This document shows, in pieces, positions 11,781 through 26,644 of a stretch of DNA of 64,000 bases. Numbering within the stretch: the stretch's first letter is position 1; the number at the start of each line of letters is the position of its first letter. The notes under the pieces are model-generated. The model made no database searches. It saw nothing but the letters and a program-made list of their open reading frames with translations, and was not told where the DNA came from. This stretch comes from Mobula hypostoma (lineage: Eukaryota), in NCBI RefSeq assembly GCF_963921235.1, contig NC_086107.1, positions 45,694,001-45,758,000 of the forward strand. The letters run 5' to 3'. A program made the translations under genes and the position numbers.

Positions 11781-14700
11781 TTATGGCAGATTGACATTAT
11801 CCAGTAGTGGGATGAAGGATAAATTCTAGAATTGCCCATGGCCCACATATCTAGTCTATAAATAAAAATATTCTGTAATCAATTCAGAACGGAAGAAATT
11901 AATGTGAAAAAATCTATCCAGTTAATGCATAGCACCACCGTGTGGCTTAATTAATTTCTGCAGACAATCAACAGCTTTTCTCTGTCCACTCACTCAAGCA
12001 TCAAAATCTATCACAATTGTGTACTTTATTCCTTTAAAACACAGAGGGAAGAGACTTAGGAACTGAGGGGTGTGGAGTCTGAATTGTTTCACTGTGACTT
12101 TGTGGATTTCCCAAGATGTTCTGATTTCCTCCCACATCCCAAAGACTTGCTGATTGAGAGTTAATTTGGCAATAGTAAATTACCCCAGATAAGATTAGAT
12201 AACCATGTGAGACAGAAAAGATTACAGGGAATTAACTTGAGGGATAAGATTTCTCCAAGAGTTGGCATAGATTTGGTGGGTTAATTGTCCTCCTGCATGA
12301 CATAGAGAACATGAGAATAGGAGGTATCCTATTGTGAGGTCAGTAGCAAAGACAAAATAGGTCCATTCAAAATGTGAGTGTGCGTTCAGCTAGCAAAAGC
12401 ATTGTCTATCAATATTTCTCAAAACAATGCAGTCCATTGTGGTACATTCAGATATCTCATCACTTTGTCTAAATACCTCATCCTTTTCAAACTCCTGCGT
12501 ATCTCTGTCACCTCATCCAAATTCATCAACCTCGAACTCAGCACTCTGACCATTCCCAGATTATCAAGACTTTGCTGTTGGCAGTGTCTCCAAAAATCTA
12601 GGCAGTAAATTATACGTTTCCTCTCCTTACCCTCAATCTCCCCATCTTTCTTTTTCAAAACCTACTTTCATGAGTATCATATGCCCCAATATCTCACATG
12701 GTGCATGTAATGTTTGATGATTTTCCCAGGAAATATCATGGGATAATTTTCAATACAGTTGTTATATAAGTGCACTTAATCAATAGAATGCTTCATTGGC
12801 AACATCATGATTCAACAAAGTACTCTTAAGTAACATAAATTCTCATTTCACTGTGCAAATCCTTGCCATTCACACATTACTCAGTTCATCCCGCATATTG
12901 CAAAGTCTGTTCAATTAGGAAGGAAATAAATGAAAATAATCAATTTATAAGATAAAATGAATTATTTTCTAAATCAAATTACTGATAAAACACAATGGCC
13001 ATTTAATTATTGTGTATTATCTGCTTGTAATTTAGAAAGGTCAAAGAGATGATGCTGAAGATTTGCAGCCAGTGAGAAAGTTTGATAAACTTCAGGGAGG
13101 TCGCATCTGTCAATTAATTGCAATAAGCTGTAATATATAACTCCTGAAATATCTCATGGGTTTGCCTTAAAGGGGGTTATTATAAAAAATATATTGCCAC
13201 CAGTGACATCAATTAGTTGGCAGCTTACTTTCACACTCCAAACTAGACACCTTGGATATTATCAAAACTTGGAAACACACAGGAATCCAGATAGCATTCT
13301 GTGCAGAGAAAAGTGCCCGACGAAAGTTCACAGATCTGAAACATTTCCTTCTCTCTTCCCAGTTGCTGCATGATTGCTGACCTATCATTTTGACTTTCAC
13401 CATGTACACAGTTTTTTTGTGTGCTATTCTACAGCAAGAGTATAGGTAGATAGATACTTTGTCGATCCTAAATTAATTTAGTGTCACACTAACATTACAA
13501 GTGCACATATATACAAATATTAGAAAAGAAGAAAGAAAGAATAGAAAGTAAGTTACCTCGGTCTCACGGGAGGGGTCATCACTTCCCTGGCTATAGGTTA
13601 GCTCATTTTAAAGCCTAAAAGCTGAGGATAAGAATGACCTCATATAGCGCTCTTTGGAGCAGGGTAGTTGTCTTAATCTGTTACTAAAAGTACTCCTCTG
13701 TTCAGCCAAGGTGGCATGCAAAGGGTGAGAAACGTTGTCCAGAATTGCCATGCCATTGACAGGTTATAACAGATCTGTTCATATAAATTGTTTAACTAGA
13801 GTCATTGCTACTCTACAACAAACAACCAATTCTGCTTCCTTTTATGGGGTTATATCTCTACAGAATCAGCTTCTGACAAGGTGAATTAAATCTTGGTTTT
13901 GAAAGGAGGCCAATCAGTGATCGAACATGTGACATGACGTAGTTCACTCACATTCACTGACTGAGTACATAGGACATTGATTCATGTCAGTCTGGTGTTT
14001 CAAGAGAGGCCAATTGGCGAGCAGAAGTGTGAGAAGATGTAGCTCACTTAGGTTTACCGATGGAGTACATAAGGCATTGATGCACAGCAGTTTGGTTCTT
14101 GAACGGTGGCCAATTGGGATTGATTGGCAAGAACAAATAAAAATAATGTAGGGACAAGCGGAGCAGACACTGTTGGAGTAGACAGTGTTAGAGTGGTTAT
14201 TTGAGGCTTTAGCAAGGAGAGACGAGTGAGAGAAGGCAAAAAAGCTGCAGGTCGATTTTTTTTTCAATTTATTAATTGTTTCCTGTTTTATATTTGCAAG
14301 GTAGAGCAGCAGGGATGCCAGGCATGGATAAAAAGAGTGATGTGCCTCTGCAAAGTGAGTTCAGAGAGTTAGGAGCTAAATTAAAGGACAGGACCTCCAG
14401 TGTGGGATCTCAGGACTGCTACCTGGCCATATGCAAGTGAGGCCAGAAATAGGAAGATCATACAGTTGAACACACAGCTAAGGAATTCGTATAGGAAGGA
14501 GAGACTCAGAAGTTTGGGTCATTGCGCTCACTTCCAGGAAAGGTGGAACCTGTTCAGAAGAGATGGTTTGCACCTGAACTGGAGGAGGAATCATATCCTA
14601 GTGGGATGGTTTGCTAGTGCTGCACTGAGGGGTTTAAACTAGAGCTGCAGGGGGATGGGAACCAGAGTGCCAGAACAAATGGTGGTGAGGTTGTTAAGAC

Positions 14701-15335
14701 TTCAGACAAAGTCAGGAATCAATTGGTTGAATGCGGTACAGCTAATGTTCTGAGTTGTGTACATTTCAATGGAGGAAGTATTGTAGGGAAGACAAATGAG
14801 CTCAGGGCATAGATCAGCACATGGAATTATGATATTGTAGCCATTAGAGACTTGTTTGCAGGAGGGGCGGTACTGGCAAATCAATATTACAGAGTTCTAT
14901 TGTTTTAGATGCAACAGTGTGGGAGGGATTAAAGGGGAAAGGGGTGGCAATACTGGTCAGGGAAAAGGTCATGGCAGTGTTAGATTGGAGAACTCATCTA
15001 GCAAAAATTTCTGGGTGGAAATGAGGAATAAGAAAGGCATGACCACATTAATGGGGCTACATTATAGACCACCCAACATTCTGTGGGATTTAGAGGAGCG
15101 AATTTGTAGAGATCTGTTGCAAGAAATACAAGATTGTTATGTTAGGTGATTTTAAACTTTCCACAGATTGACAGGAACTCTGATACTGTAAAAAGGACTA
15201 GATGGGATAGAGTTTGTCAAATGTGTTCATGAAAGTTTCATTAATCAGTACATAGAAGTCTAAATGAGAGAGTGTACGCTAGTCGATCTCCTATTAAGGA
15301 ATGAGGCAGGGCAGGTGACAGAAGTTTGTGTAGGG

Positions 15336-16200
15336 TGTTATATACCTCAAGCAGATCTTGTGGGAATGATGTAATGGTCTTTTGGAGGTCACCTGATGTA
15401 GTTCTCCCACCAATGTGAGGTCACGTGATGACATGTTCACCATGGGTATATAAGGGAAGACCTCAGATGACGCAGTTAGTTTTTAGTTTTCAGTTTTCCA
15501 GCTAGAACATTAGTCTGTCTCCGTTTCTGTTGCGTATTTATTTTATGACGCAGTTTCATTTTAAAAATGGAGTGTTACGTTCTGTTGTAAGGTACAATAG
15601 TGCTGGATTAGCAATTTTTGCTAGATTTGTTGATGTACCTTTTTCCAGTAGTATGGGAGAGTGAAGACTTTATCGAAGTACAGGACCCAAAGGATTAAAA
15701 GAGTTTGGTATCGTTCAGCAGTTTAACGAAGGATCGACCTTATTGAGTCTAAGTTGAAGAAGTAGCGGCCTGCATCGAGATAACTCTTGCCAAAAGAACA
15801 AAGAAGTTCAAGCGGGATTTGCTCTCTAGAAACTAAGGTCAGTTGTTTTAAACTGTTTATTTCTAGCATCATGAATCCTTTGGATAGAACCAACAGGAAA
15901 TTCACGTCTATGAAGAAATCCTTCTCCAGAGAAGTCTCTCCCGATTGAATGTATAAATCTGTTGGACTTCCGAATTTACCATTTTAAGAACTGTGTTTGA
16001 CTTTACCGCTTTAAGAACTGTTTTTGCATTTAAGGCTTTAAGAACCAGTACCGAGTGACGATTTGTTAAACCGCTGCATAGCGGTTAACATCTGGTTAAG
16101 GTTTTCGTTTGTTTTTATTGGTTATCTGTGTTTAATAAATGTTTGGTTGTTTTTATATAACTTGTCTCGATTGATATTCATTGTTGCCGGTTACGTAACA
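15336..16200 (+). repeat. 5' LTR of element A (865 bp)
   Basis: TGTTA...TAACA termini, TATA-like tatataag, aataaa near the 3' end. Aligns with 20508-20865 + 26171-26644 + 27486-27525. Confidence 0.93.
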
Positions 16201-16332
16201 TAATCTGTGGGGCTTCGTCCGGGTTATGTTCCGATTTTGAGTTTAAGTGCTGGTAATTGCCATTCTGATTTGGAAAAGGGAAATATCCGATTTTTTTTAG
16301 TTTGATTGGTGTGTGAGTGGTATTCGGCAACA

Positions 16333-19300
16333 ATGAACGTTGACGAGTTTATGGATACTCCTGACCCGGTGTTTTTAGTGAATGTGAGAAAACCTGAGGT
16401 AATGGAGATTGCTACGAAGAATACCACAAAGGCTTTAATACAAAGAAAAATCGCTGAGCATTATATCAGTTTGAAAACGTTTGATGATGAGGTGTTAGAT
16501 AGGTTTCCAATGAATAATCTGGAAATGCAGTTACATCTTGAACAGTTAAAGTTTGAAAGATTTAAAGTGGAAATAGCCGAAAGAGAGGCTAATAAAAAAA
16601 GGGAATTTGAAGAAAGAGAAGCTGAAAATCAGAGGAAATTTGAGTTAGAGATGGAGAAAATAAGGATGGGAAATCAGTCTTCTGGTTCTAAGAAACAGTT
16701 TATTGCTAGTCGTGAGGTTATTTTGGCTCTTCCATTTAATGAGCCTGAAGCGGACAAATATTTCCAGCATTTCGAAACTATTGCTCTGACTTTAAAGTGG
16801 CCAAAAGGGCAATGGCCAGTGATGTTACAAAGTGTTATTAAAGGCAAGGCACAACAACTTTGTACAGCTCTAAATGCTGAGCAAGCACTGAATTATGATA
16901 TTGTTAAACAGCATGTATTAAAGGCATATGAGTTGGTTCTGGAAGCGTATAGAGAAAGATTTAGAAATTTGAAGAAATTGATGGAAAAAACTTATGTAGA
17001 ATTTGACTATGAGAAGTCTGTGTGCTTTGAGAGATGGGTTTCCTCTAAAAATGTGAATGGGGAGTATAATAAATTAAAAGAGGTGATTTTACTGGAGGAA
17101 TTTAAAAGAAGCATTCCTGTTGAAGTGAGAACATAATTAAATGAAAGGGACACTGCTACATTGCAGGAGACTGCTAAATTAGCTGATGAGTATACTTTAA
17201 TTCATAAGAATAAATTTTCGCCGGATAGAACTTTTAAAAGGAAAAATAGCACAGAGAGTCAAAGTAAACCAGAAATTAAATCTGAAGTTAGTGAGAAAAG
17301 TAAGGATGAAAGGAGACATGTGAAGGAAAGACATTTTGGTATTATTTGTAATTATTGTAAGAAACCTGGACATGTAGTAGCTAACTGCTTCCGATTGAAA
17401 AAGAAAGTGAAAGAAGCCGTCCCAGATGCTTGTGTGCAGCATATTGAAACACTTGTAAATTCATAGAGTTTGCCAAATACTAATGAAGATTTGTCAGAGT
17501 CTGACCAAGTTAAAAAGGGATATGAAACTTTTATAACAGAAATATTTGTATCCTTGAAAGAAGGATCCAATTCAGTACCAATAAGAATACTTAGAGATAC
17601 TGGTGCTTCTCAATCACTAATATTAGACAGTGTGCTAAAGTTTAGTGATGAGTCTGACATTGGTGAGGTAAATTATATAAGAGGAGTTGGGAGTGCCCTT
17701 ATGCCAGTACATTTACATAGAGTGAATTTAAGGTCAGGATTAGTTACAGGGGTTGTTAAGGTAGGACTTCAATCCAGTTTGCCTGTGAATGATGTTTCTC
17801 TTTTTTTAGGGAATGATTTAGCAGGTGGACAAGTTTTTCCTGAAGTGCATTTGACAATAAATCCTAATTCTGAAGAACCACAGAGGGATTCTAACACAGA
17901 TTCTTCCTGTGCTGTAACAAGAGCTATGGCTAAAAAGACTGATGTACAGGATGAGGTTGTTACCCATGACTGTTCAATTGAAGATTCGAATTTTGAGGAT
18001 GTATCAGAAACTTTCTTACCTACATTATTTGATCAGGATTTTGGTAGTAAATCTGACCAGGAAGATTTGTCTTTATCTCAGAAGGAGATGATAGCAGAGC
18101 AGGGAGATCCTGAGATAGTTACATTAAAAGAACAATCTCTTCCAGATAGTGAAATTGAAAAAGTGCCAGTAGGATATTATTTTGAAAGGGGGTATTAATG
18201 AGAAAGTGGAGATCGCCTACAATTCCTGCTAGTGAGGAATGGGAAGTTAATCATCAGGTAGTAGTTCCGAAAGTTTATCGAAATGAGATTTTAACTATGG
18301 CTCATAGTATACCTTTGGGTGGTCATTTAGGTGTAAAGAAAACTATGCACAAGGTTTCTAAACATTTTTATTGGCCTAGTTTAAGAAAAGATGTGGCGAC
18401 ATTTTGTAGAACGTGTCATAAGTGTCAAATTGTGGGTAAACCTAATCAGGTTACTCCAGTGGCCCCATTGCAACCAATTCCAGCATTTGATGAGCCATTC
18501 TCAAAAATCATTGTAGACTGTGTAGGTCATTTGCCAAAGACTAAAACTGGACATCAATATTTGTTAACTATTATGTGCACAGCATCTAGGTTTCCAGAGC
18601 AGTACCTCTTAGAAATATAACAGCCAAATCTGTGACAAAGGCTCTTATAAAATTCTTTACTTATTTTGGGTTGCCTAAGGAAATACAATCGGATCAAGGT
18701 AGTAATTTTATGTTGGGATAGTTTCAGCAGATAGTTTATAAACTGGGAGCAAAATAGAGTATTTCATCAGCCTATCATCCAGAATCACAAGGAGCCTTGG
18801 AGAGATTTCATTCTACATTAAAAACTATGATTAGGACATATTGTGTGGAAAATGAAAAGGACTGGGATGAAGGTAGACATTTACTACTTTTTGCAGTATG
18901 AGAGGCAGTGCAGGAATCATTAGATTTTAGTCCTTTTGAACTTGTGTTTTGGCATAGAGTTTGACGACAATTGGCCTTGTTGAAGGAACAGTGGATTAAT
19001 AAAGAGGTACACACTAATTTGTCAGATTATGTTTTAAAATTTAGAGAAAGATTATATAAAGCTTGTAGCTTGGCAAAAGAAAATTTAAAATTAGCTCAAG
19101 AGAAGATGAAGACTTGGTATGATAAGGAAGCTAGGATGAGGTCATTTAATCCTGGGGATAAGGGTTGGATCTTTTCCCGGTGCAATCAAACCCATTACAA
19201 GCTAAATTTCATTGTCCTTATGAGTTTATATCTAAGGTAAATGATGTGGATTATGCAATAAAAACCCTAAATCAAAGAAAGGCAACACAACTGTGTCATA

Positions 19301-20311
19301 TAAATATGATAAAACCATATTATGAGAGAGAAGCTGCTACTATGACTGTTGTGATCAATAATGAATCTGATCTTGATAAAACCTTAATGGATGATTCACC
19401 TGAAACTCATTTTAAACCCAACATTATTTCAGCCAGGTTACCAAATTCAAAAATTCTAGGAAACATTTATGGAAAGTTAGCTTATTTACAGCCAGAGCAG
19501 AGAGAGCAGATGAAACAGTTAATTTTTAAACATAGAGATTTATTTCCAGACGTCCCTAGAAGAACCACCGTAGCTACACATGATGTAGATGTTGGAGATG
19601 CAAAACCCATAAAACAACATACGTATCAAATGAACAGGGAAAAATGTGAACTTGCGGAACAAGAGATTAAGTATATGTTAGAGAATGATATTATTAGACA
19701 TTCTAATTCGAATTGGAGTTCACCATGTGTTCTGGTGCCTAAGCCAGACAACAGTATTAGGTTTTGTACAGATTACAGGAAGGTGAATGCTGTGACAAAA
19801 ACTGATGCATATCCAATCCCTAGGGTAGATGATTGTGTGAATAAAATTCCTTACAAAAATTCATATGTTAAAAGGTTATTGGTGTGTTCCATTGACAGAT
19901 AGAAGGAGAGAGATTTCAGCATTTGTAACCCCATCTGGGTTATATGAATATAATGTTCTTCCATTTGGGATGAAGAATGCACCAGGTACTTTTCAGAGGA
20001 TGATTAATAGTGTGATTCAGGGATTAAAAGATACAGATGCCTATATTGATGATTTAGTTACAGGAAATACTACATGGAAAGCACATATTACTGCGATGGA
20101 GAAATTATTCGAGAGACTTTCAAAAGCTAACTTAACTATTAACTTAGCTAAAAGTGAATTTGGTCATGCTACTGTGACCGTTAAGGAAAAGGGTTAAGGA
20201 AATTAAACACCAATATAGTAATACAGTTTAATGTTACAGGAGTACAATATTTTGATCACTCATATTAAAGGTAAAGATAATGTGATCGCTGATTGTCTAT
20301 CTAGATGTTAA
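16333..20311 (+). pseudogene. Disrupted gag-pol of element A (SCAN-like capsid, zinc knuckle, protease, integrase, RT, RNase H tail)
   Basis: EAYRERFR...ILLEEFK (SCAN-like); CNYCKKPGHVVANC; LRDTGA; H..PLGGHLG...CRTCHKC; IVDCVG; RFCTDYRKVN; YIDD; terminal HIKGKDNVIADCLSR. Many stops and frameshifts, and a deletion across RNase H. Confidence 0.9.
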
Positions 20312-20865
20312 ATGTACAATTTTTTTATGGAGTGGTATTTTAAAATTTGTAACACTCCTGCTGTATATTAGTTTGTAAAGTGCTGAAAGATAAGACTGTA
20401 TATATTGTGTATGTTGTAAATTTTATACCTTTGTATTTTTTTTAATGTAAATTGTTAATTGTTAGAATTTTGCTCTTTAAGAGATCAATTTTTTTTTTGG
20501 AGTGAGGTGTTACATACCTCAAGGAGATCTTGTGAGAATGATGTAATTGTCTTTTGGAGGTCACCTGAGGTAGTTTTCCCACCAATGTGAGGTCACGTGA
20601 TGACATGTTCATCACTGGTATATAAGGGAAGATCTCAGATGATGCAGTTAGTTTTTAGTTTTCAGTTTTCCAGCTAGAACATTAGTCTGTCTCCGTTTCT
20701 GTTGTGTATGTATTTTATGATGCAGCTTCACATTTAAAATGGAGTGTTATGTTCTGTTGCAAGGTACAATAGTGCTGGATTGACAATTTTTGCTAGATCT
20801 GTTGATGTACCTTTTTCCAGCAGTATGGGAGAGTGAAGACATTATCGAAGTACAGGACCCGAGGA

Positions 20866-23800
20866 TTTTTTAAAATATAATTTTTATTGAGTTTTCGAAA
20901 TGATTACATAGAATGATAATATCTACCCTCCCCCCTCCCTTTAACCCTTTCCCCCGATATATACCCCTACCTGAAAAAAAAGGAAAAAAAAGAAAAAGAA
21001 AGAAGAAAGAAGATCTGCCTGGATATTGGAAAGTTTCCACATGCTCCATGGGATTCAAAATAAATTTAGTATATTTATTTATTCCTTTCCCCAAGGGACC
21101 AACATCTTTATCATCGGAGCAACTAAATGTGCCATCCTATCTTTTGTAAATATGGGCGCCAAATATTCAAAAATGTATCATATTTATCTCTTAAATTGTA
21201 AGTAATTTTTTTGAGTGGAATACAACTAGAAATGTCATTATTCCAACGATCCATACTTAAATACGAATCCAATTTCCAAATAACTGCTATAGCCTTCTTG
21301 GCTACTGCCAATGCAATTTTTATAAATTCTTTCTGATATTTATTCAGTTTAAGTTTCAGTTTTATCCCTTCAATATCACCTAATAGAAATAATGCAGGGT
21401 TATGTGGAAGTTGAGCTCCAGTAATTTGTTCCAATAAAACTCTTAAATTTATCCAAAAATGTTGAATTTTGGAACAAGACCAAATAGGATGTAAGAAAGT
21501 ACCAATTTTTTGATTACACCAAAAGCATTGATCAGATATGTTTGAAATTAATCTATTTATTTTTTGCGGTGTAATATATAATTGGTATAAAAAATTATAT
21601 TGTACTAATTTAAGTCGAACATTTATTGTATTTGTCATACTGTCAAGACACAGTCCTGACCAATTTGTTTCATCAATATTAATATTCAGATCTGTTTCCC
21701 ACTTTTGTTTTGACTTGTGGATTCCTTGTTTAATTGTCTGTTTTTGAATCAAATTATACATAAAAGAAATAATTTTTAAAATTTTTCCTTTTTGAATTAA
21801 AATTTCAATTTAATTGGGTTTTGGCAAAAACATTGTTTGACCCAGTTTGTCTTTTAAATAAGCCCTTAATTGAAGGTAACGAAAGAAAGTGTTATTTGAT
21901 ATTTTATATGTATTCATTAATTGTTCAAATGACATCAATATACCTCATTCATAACAGTCTCCTATAGATCTAATCCCTTTTTTGGTACCAATTTTATAAA
22001 AGTTGATTATCCATTGTAAAAGGAATAAGTCTGTTTTGAATCAAAGGTCTCCTTGCTAATAAAGATTTCTTTATTTCATTATCAACGTTTATCTTATTCC
22101 ATAGATCAATCAAATGTTTTAATATAGGAGATTCTTTCTTTTCCTGTATCCATTTAGATTCCCATTTATATATAAAATCTTCGGGTGTATTTTCTCCTAT
22201 TTTATCTAATTCTATTCTAATCCATGCCGGTTTATGTTCGTCAAAGAAAGATGCAATAAATCTAAGTTGATTTGCTTTATAATAATTCTTAAAGTTTGGA
22301 AGTTGTAACCCTCCTAACTCAAATTTACATGTCAATTTTTCCAATGATATTCTTGACATTTTACCTTTCCAAAGAAATTTTCTCACACATTTATTTAACT
22401 CTTGAAAAAAAATCTGTGGCAATTGTATTGGTAATGTTTGAAACAAATACTGTAATCTAGGAAATATATTCATTTTTACAACATTGACTCTCCCCACTAA
22501 TGTTATTGGTAGTATCATCCATTTGTCAAGATCTTCTTGAATTTTTTTTCAATAGTGGTAAATAATTAAATTTATATAAATTCTTTACATCATTACCAAG
22601 TCTTATACCTAAATACTTTATACCATTTACCGGCCATCTAAATTGGGATACTAATCGACATTGGCTATAGTCTCCTTTAGTAAGAGGTAAAATTTCATTT
22701 TTATCCCAATTTATTTTATACCCTGATAGTTTCCCATATTCATCCAATCTGGAAGATAATTTATGTAACGGATGCCATGGGTTTGTTAAGTAAACCAAAA
22801 CATCACCAGCAAATAGATTAATTTTATATTACTCCTGATTAACTCTAAAACCCTTAATATCTGAATCAATTCTAATTAGTTCTGCTAATGGTTCTATTGC
22901 CAATACAAATAAAGCAGGTGATAATGGACAACCTTGTCTAGTTGACCTTTTTAACTGGAATGGTGTTGAAATTTGACTATTTGTCACTACTTTAGCATTA
23001 GGGTTAGTATTTAAAGTTTTAATCCAGTTTATAAAAGGTGTTCCTAACCCATATTTTTCTAATACTTCAAATAAAAAATCCCATTCCAATCTATCAAATG
23101 CTTTTTCTGCATCCAAGGCTACGACTATACTCATGTCCTCCCGTTTTTGTGCCAAATGAATTATACTGAGTAGCTGAGTTGCATTATCTGCCAATTGTCT
23201 ATTTTTAATAAATCCTGTTTGATCCATCTGTATTAATTTTGGTAAATATTTAGATAACCTATTCGATAAAATTTTTGCTATTATTTTATAATCCGTGTTC
23301 AACAAAGAAATATGCCTGTATGATGCTGGTTTTAAAGGATCTCTATCTTTTTTTGGCAATACTATTACAATCGCTGTTGAGAAAGATTCTGGGAGTTTTA
23401 TGTATTTTTTTCCGCTTGACGTATTAACTCCATAAAAGGAGGAAATAATAAATCTTTAAACTTTTTATAAAATACAGGTGGAAAACCATCCTCTTCAGGA
23501 GATTTATTACTTTGAAGTGATCCTAAAGCTTCTTCAACCTCTTTTAATGTAAAAGGCATATCTAATCCCTTCTATTCTTCCGAATTCAATTTTGGAAGAG
23601 TTACTTGTGATAAAAACCTTTCTATCTCATTAATATTATTTTGTGATTCCGATTGATATAATTCAGAATAGAAACTTTTGAAGGTTTCATTAATTTCTAA
23701 AGGTTTATAAGTAATTTTATTTGCACTTGTTCTAATTGCATTTATTGTTTTGGAAGCCTGTTCTGTTTTCAACTGCCAAGCAAGAATTTTGTGTGCTCTC

Positions 23801-26170
23801 TCACCTAACTCATAATACCTTTGCTTAGTTCTCATGATTGCTTTTTCCATTCTATATGTCTGCTTTGGGATTGATTCTTCTCCATATATCAATCAAATTT
23901 AAATCCTTCATCAATGATAAAGTTAGTTTTACTACCTTCGATTTTGCAAACAGCCTTAGTTGATCTATCTAAGACTGGGTCTAGGCAAAAATTAAAATCT
24001 CCTTCTTAATATTTTTTCATGTGCATCAGCCAAATTCAAAAAAGCTTCTTGTATAAATTTTGTATCATTTTCATTTGGTGCATAAATATTCGTGAGAGTC
24101 CATAATTCGGAAAAAAGTTGACAGTGTATAATCACATATCTCCCTGCAGAATCGGGTATTACATTTTGTATTCTAATTGGTAACGTTTTATTGATCAAAA
24201 TTGCTACTCCCCTTGCTTTTGAATTAAATGAAGCTGCAACACTACCCACCCAATCTCTCTTTAATTTTTGATGTTCTGTTTCTGTTAGATGCGTTTCCTG
24301 CAAGAAGGCTAAATCTACCTTCATTTTCTTAATATGTGTTAAGATTCTTTTTCTTTTCACTGGTCCATTAAGCCCATTAACATTAAAACTCAAAAAATTC
24401 AATAAATTAGTCATTATTCTTAACAAAGTTACTCCAATCTAAAACGTTACTTAACATCTTAACTCTCATAGTTCCTTGGGGAATCTCTTTAAACTTCACC
24501 ATGTTGCTATGTGTTTCCCTCCCAATCATCCAGGCAAAAAGAAAGAAATAAAAGATAGATGTGATACAAAAAGAAAAATAACAAAATACCCCCGTACTAA
24601 TGTTGTGAATGAAAAAAAGGACAACACTACCACCCTCCATTTTGCGGATCGTGGCTATAGCCACGCTTGCACACATGAATTCTGTAGTGATTGGTCAGTA
24701 TTTCTTCCAGTTCCCCCGTAACAAAAATATTGTATACATATAGAAAAATTAATGTCACTATTCCCAACTAATATTCTTCAAACTTTAACCTTTCGTCCCC
24801 TCTATCATATAATTAATAATATATTTATATATTTTTCACCTTTAAAAATCCACCAAGTCTATTCCTTGACCCAATCTTCATCTTTAATCCATCTCGCTCC
24901 CCTGGGTTTGTTCTTGTAGCTTTAAAGAATCTCGCACAAGCAAACTCCTCCGCTTTCTGGTAATCGTCAAAAAATCTTTTTTTCTCCGTTAGCCAAAACA
25001 ATCTTCAAGGTTGCAGGATAATGCAGTATAAATTGATAACCGTGATCCCATAGGACTTTTTTCACTGGATTAAATTTCTTCTTTCTCTTCAAAAGTTCAT
25101 AACTTATGTCAGGGTGGAAAAAAATTTTGCTCCCTTCTATCATCAATGGCCCTTTTCTAGTCTTGGCAGCTCGAGCAGCCACCTGTAGAATCCTTTCTTT
25201 GTCTTGAAATCGTAAGAATTTTATTAAAATTGATCATGGATATTGGTCAACTTGTGGTTTTGGTCTTAGAGCTCTATGTGCCCATTCAATTTCAATTGAT
25301 TGGTCTCCCGCTTTCATTTGCAAAGTTTCCGGGATCCATCTTTGAAAAAATTCTATTGGATTGTCTCCCTCTATACTTTCTTTAAGACCAACAATCTTAA
25401 TATTATTTCATCTACTAAAAATTTCCAGCACGTCCACTTTTTCCAACAGTCGATTTCTTTCCGTTTTCCAGACAAGCGTATCATTTTCTGTTTTTTCCAC
25501 TCTGTTGTTAATATGCTCCATTGTTCTTTCCAACTTTGGAAGTTTCTTATCCATTTTCTCCTGTCTTTTCATAGCTTTATCATAACTCAGTTTCATGTTT
25601 CTAATCTCTATTTTTAATCCTTTTAATTCAATTATTACTTGCAATAAAGCCTCTTTTATGTCTCCTTCATATCCTTTACTTTTAGTCTCTTCCAGTTCTT
25701 CCTCCTCCTCTTCATCTGTGTTCTCTACAAAATCCAATTCTGACTCTGAGTCACTTTCGCTTGCAGTGGCCGTTGGTCCTTGTCATTTGAGTTGTATCGA
25801 TTTGTGCATGACTACTTCTTTGCACATGCGCAATTCCAGCATCTTCTTCCCAGGGACCGCTACCGCTGCCATTGCTCCCTGTTCTTCTACGCCAGAGATA
25901 AAATGTGTCTCCTCCGAAGGAGATCCAACCTGAGTCCAAGGTTCCATCGCTGCAGTAGGCCTTTTTCTCTTCCCATCTTGCGGCGACTTCACAACAGCAG
26001 ACTTCTTCTGTTGCAGTTTACGAGGCATATCGTAAAATAGTCTTGAGAATTTATAAGTAGTTTTCGGAAAGTATTTATTAACTTTGCTTTGTTTAAATGG
26101 TACTTTGCTGATTTTTTACGGGAGAGCTGGATTCATACGTCTCCATCCCACGTCATCACGTGACGTCCCC
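20866..26170 (-). mobile_element. Essentially full-length L1-clade LINE inserted in the 3' LTR of element A
   Basis: 5' end GGGGACGTCACGTGATGACG. ORF1 remnants (coiled coil; KIFFHPDIS...YPATLKI). ORF2 endonuclease (SFNVNGLN, LQETHL), RT (LDAEKAFDR, RQGCPLSP) and C-terminal Cys-rich region. T-rich 3' end at about 20866. Imperfect TSD aggaccc(g/a)a..ga. Internal deletion after the endonuclease domain. Confidence 0.92.
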
Positions 26171-26644
26171 TAGGACCCAAAGAATTAAGAGAGTTTGGTA
26201 TCCTTCAGCAGTTTAACAAAGGATCGACCTTATTGAGTCTTCGTTGAAGAAGTAGCGACCTGCATCGAGATAACTCTTGCCAAAAGAACAAAGAAGTTCA
26301 TGCGGGATTTGCTCTCTAGAAACTAAGGTCAGTTGTTTTAAGCCGTTTATTTCCTGCATTGTGAATCCTTTAGATAGAAACAACAGGAAAGTTGCGTCTA
26401 TGAAGAAATCCTTCTCCAGAGAAGTCTCTCCCAATTGAATGTATAAATCTGTTGGACTTTCAAATTTACCAGTTTAAGAACTGTTTGACTTTACCGCTTT
26501 AAGAACTGATTTCGCATTCAACGCTTTAAGAACCAGTACCGAGTGACGATTGGTTAAACGGCCGCATAGCGGTTAACTTCAGGTTAAGGTTTTCGTTTGT
26601 TTTTTATTGTTTATCCGTGTTTAATAAATGTTTTATATAACTTA

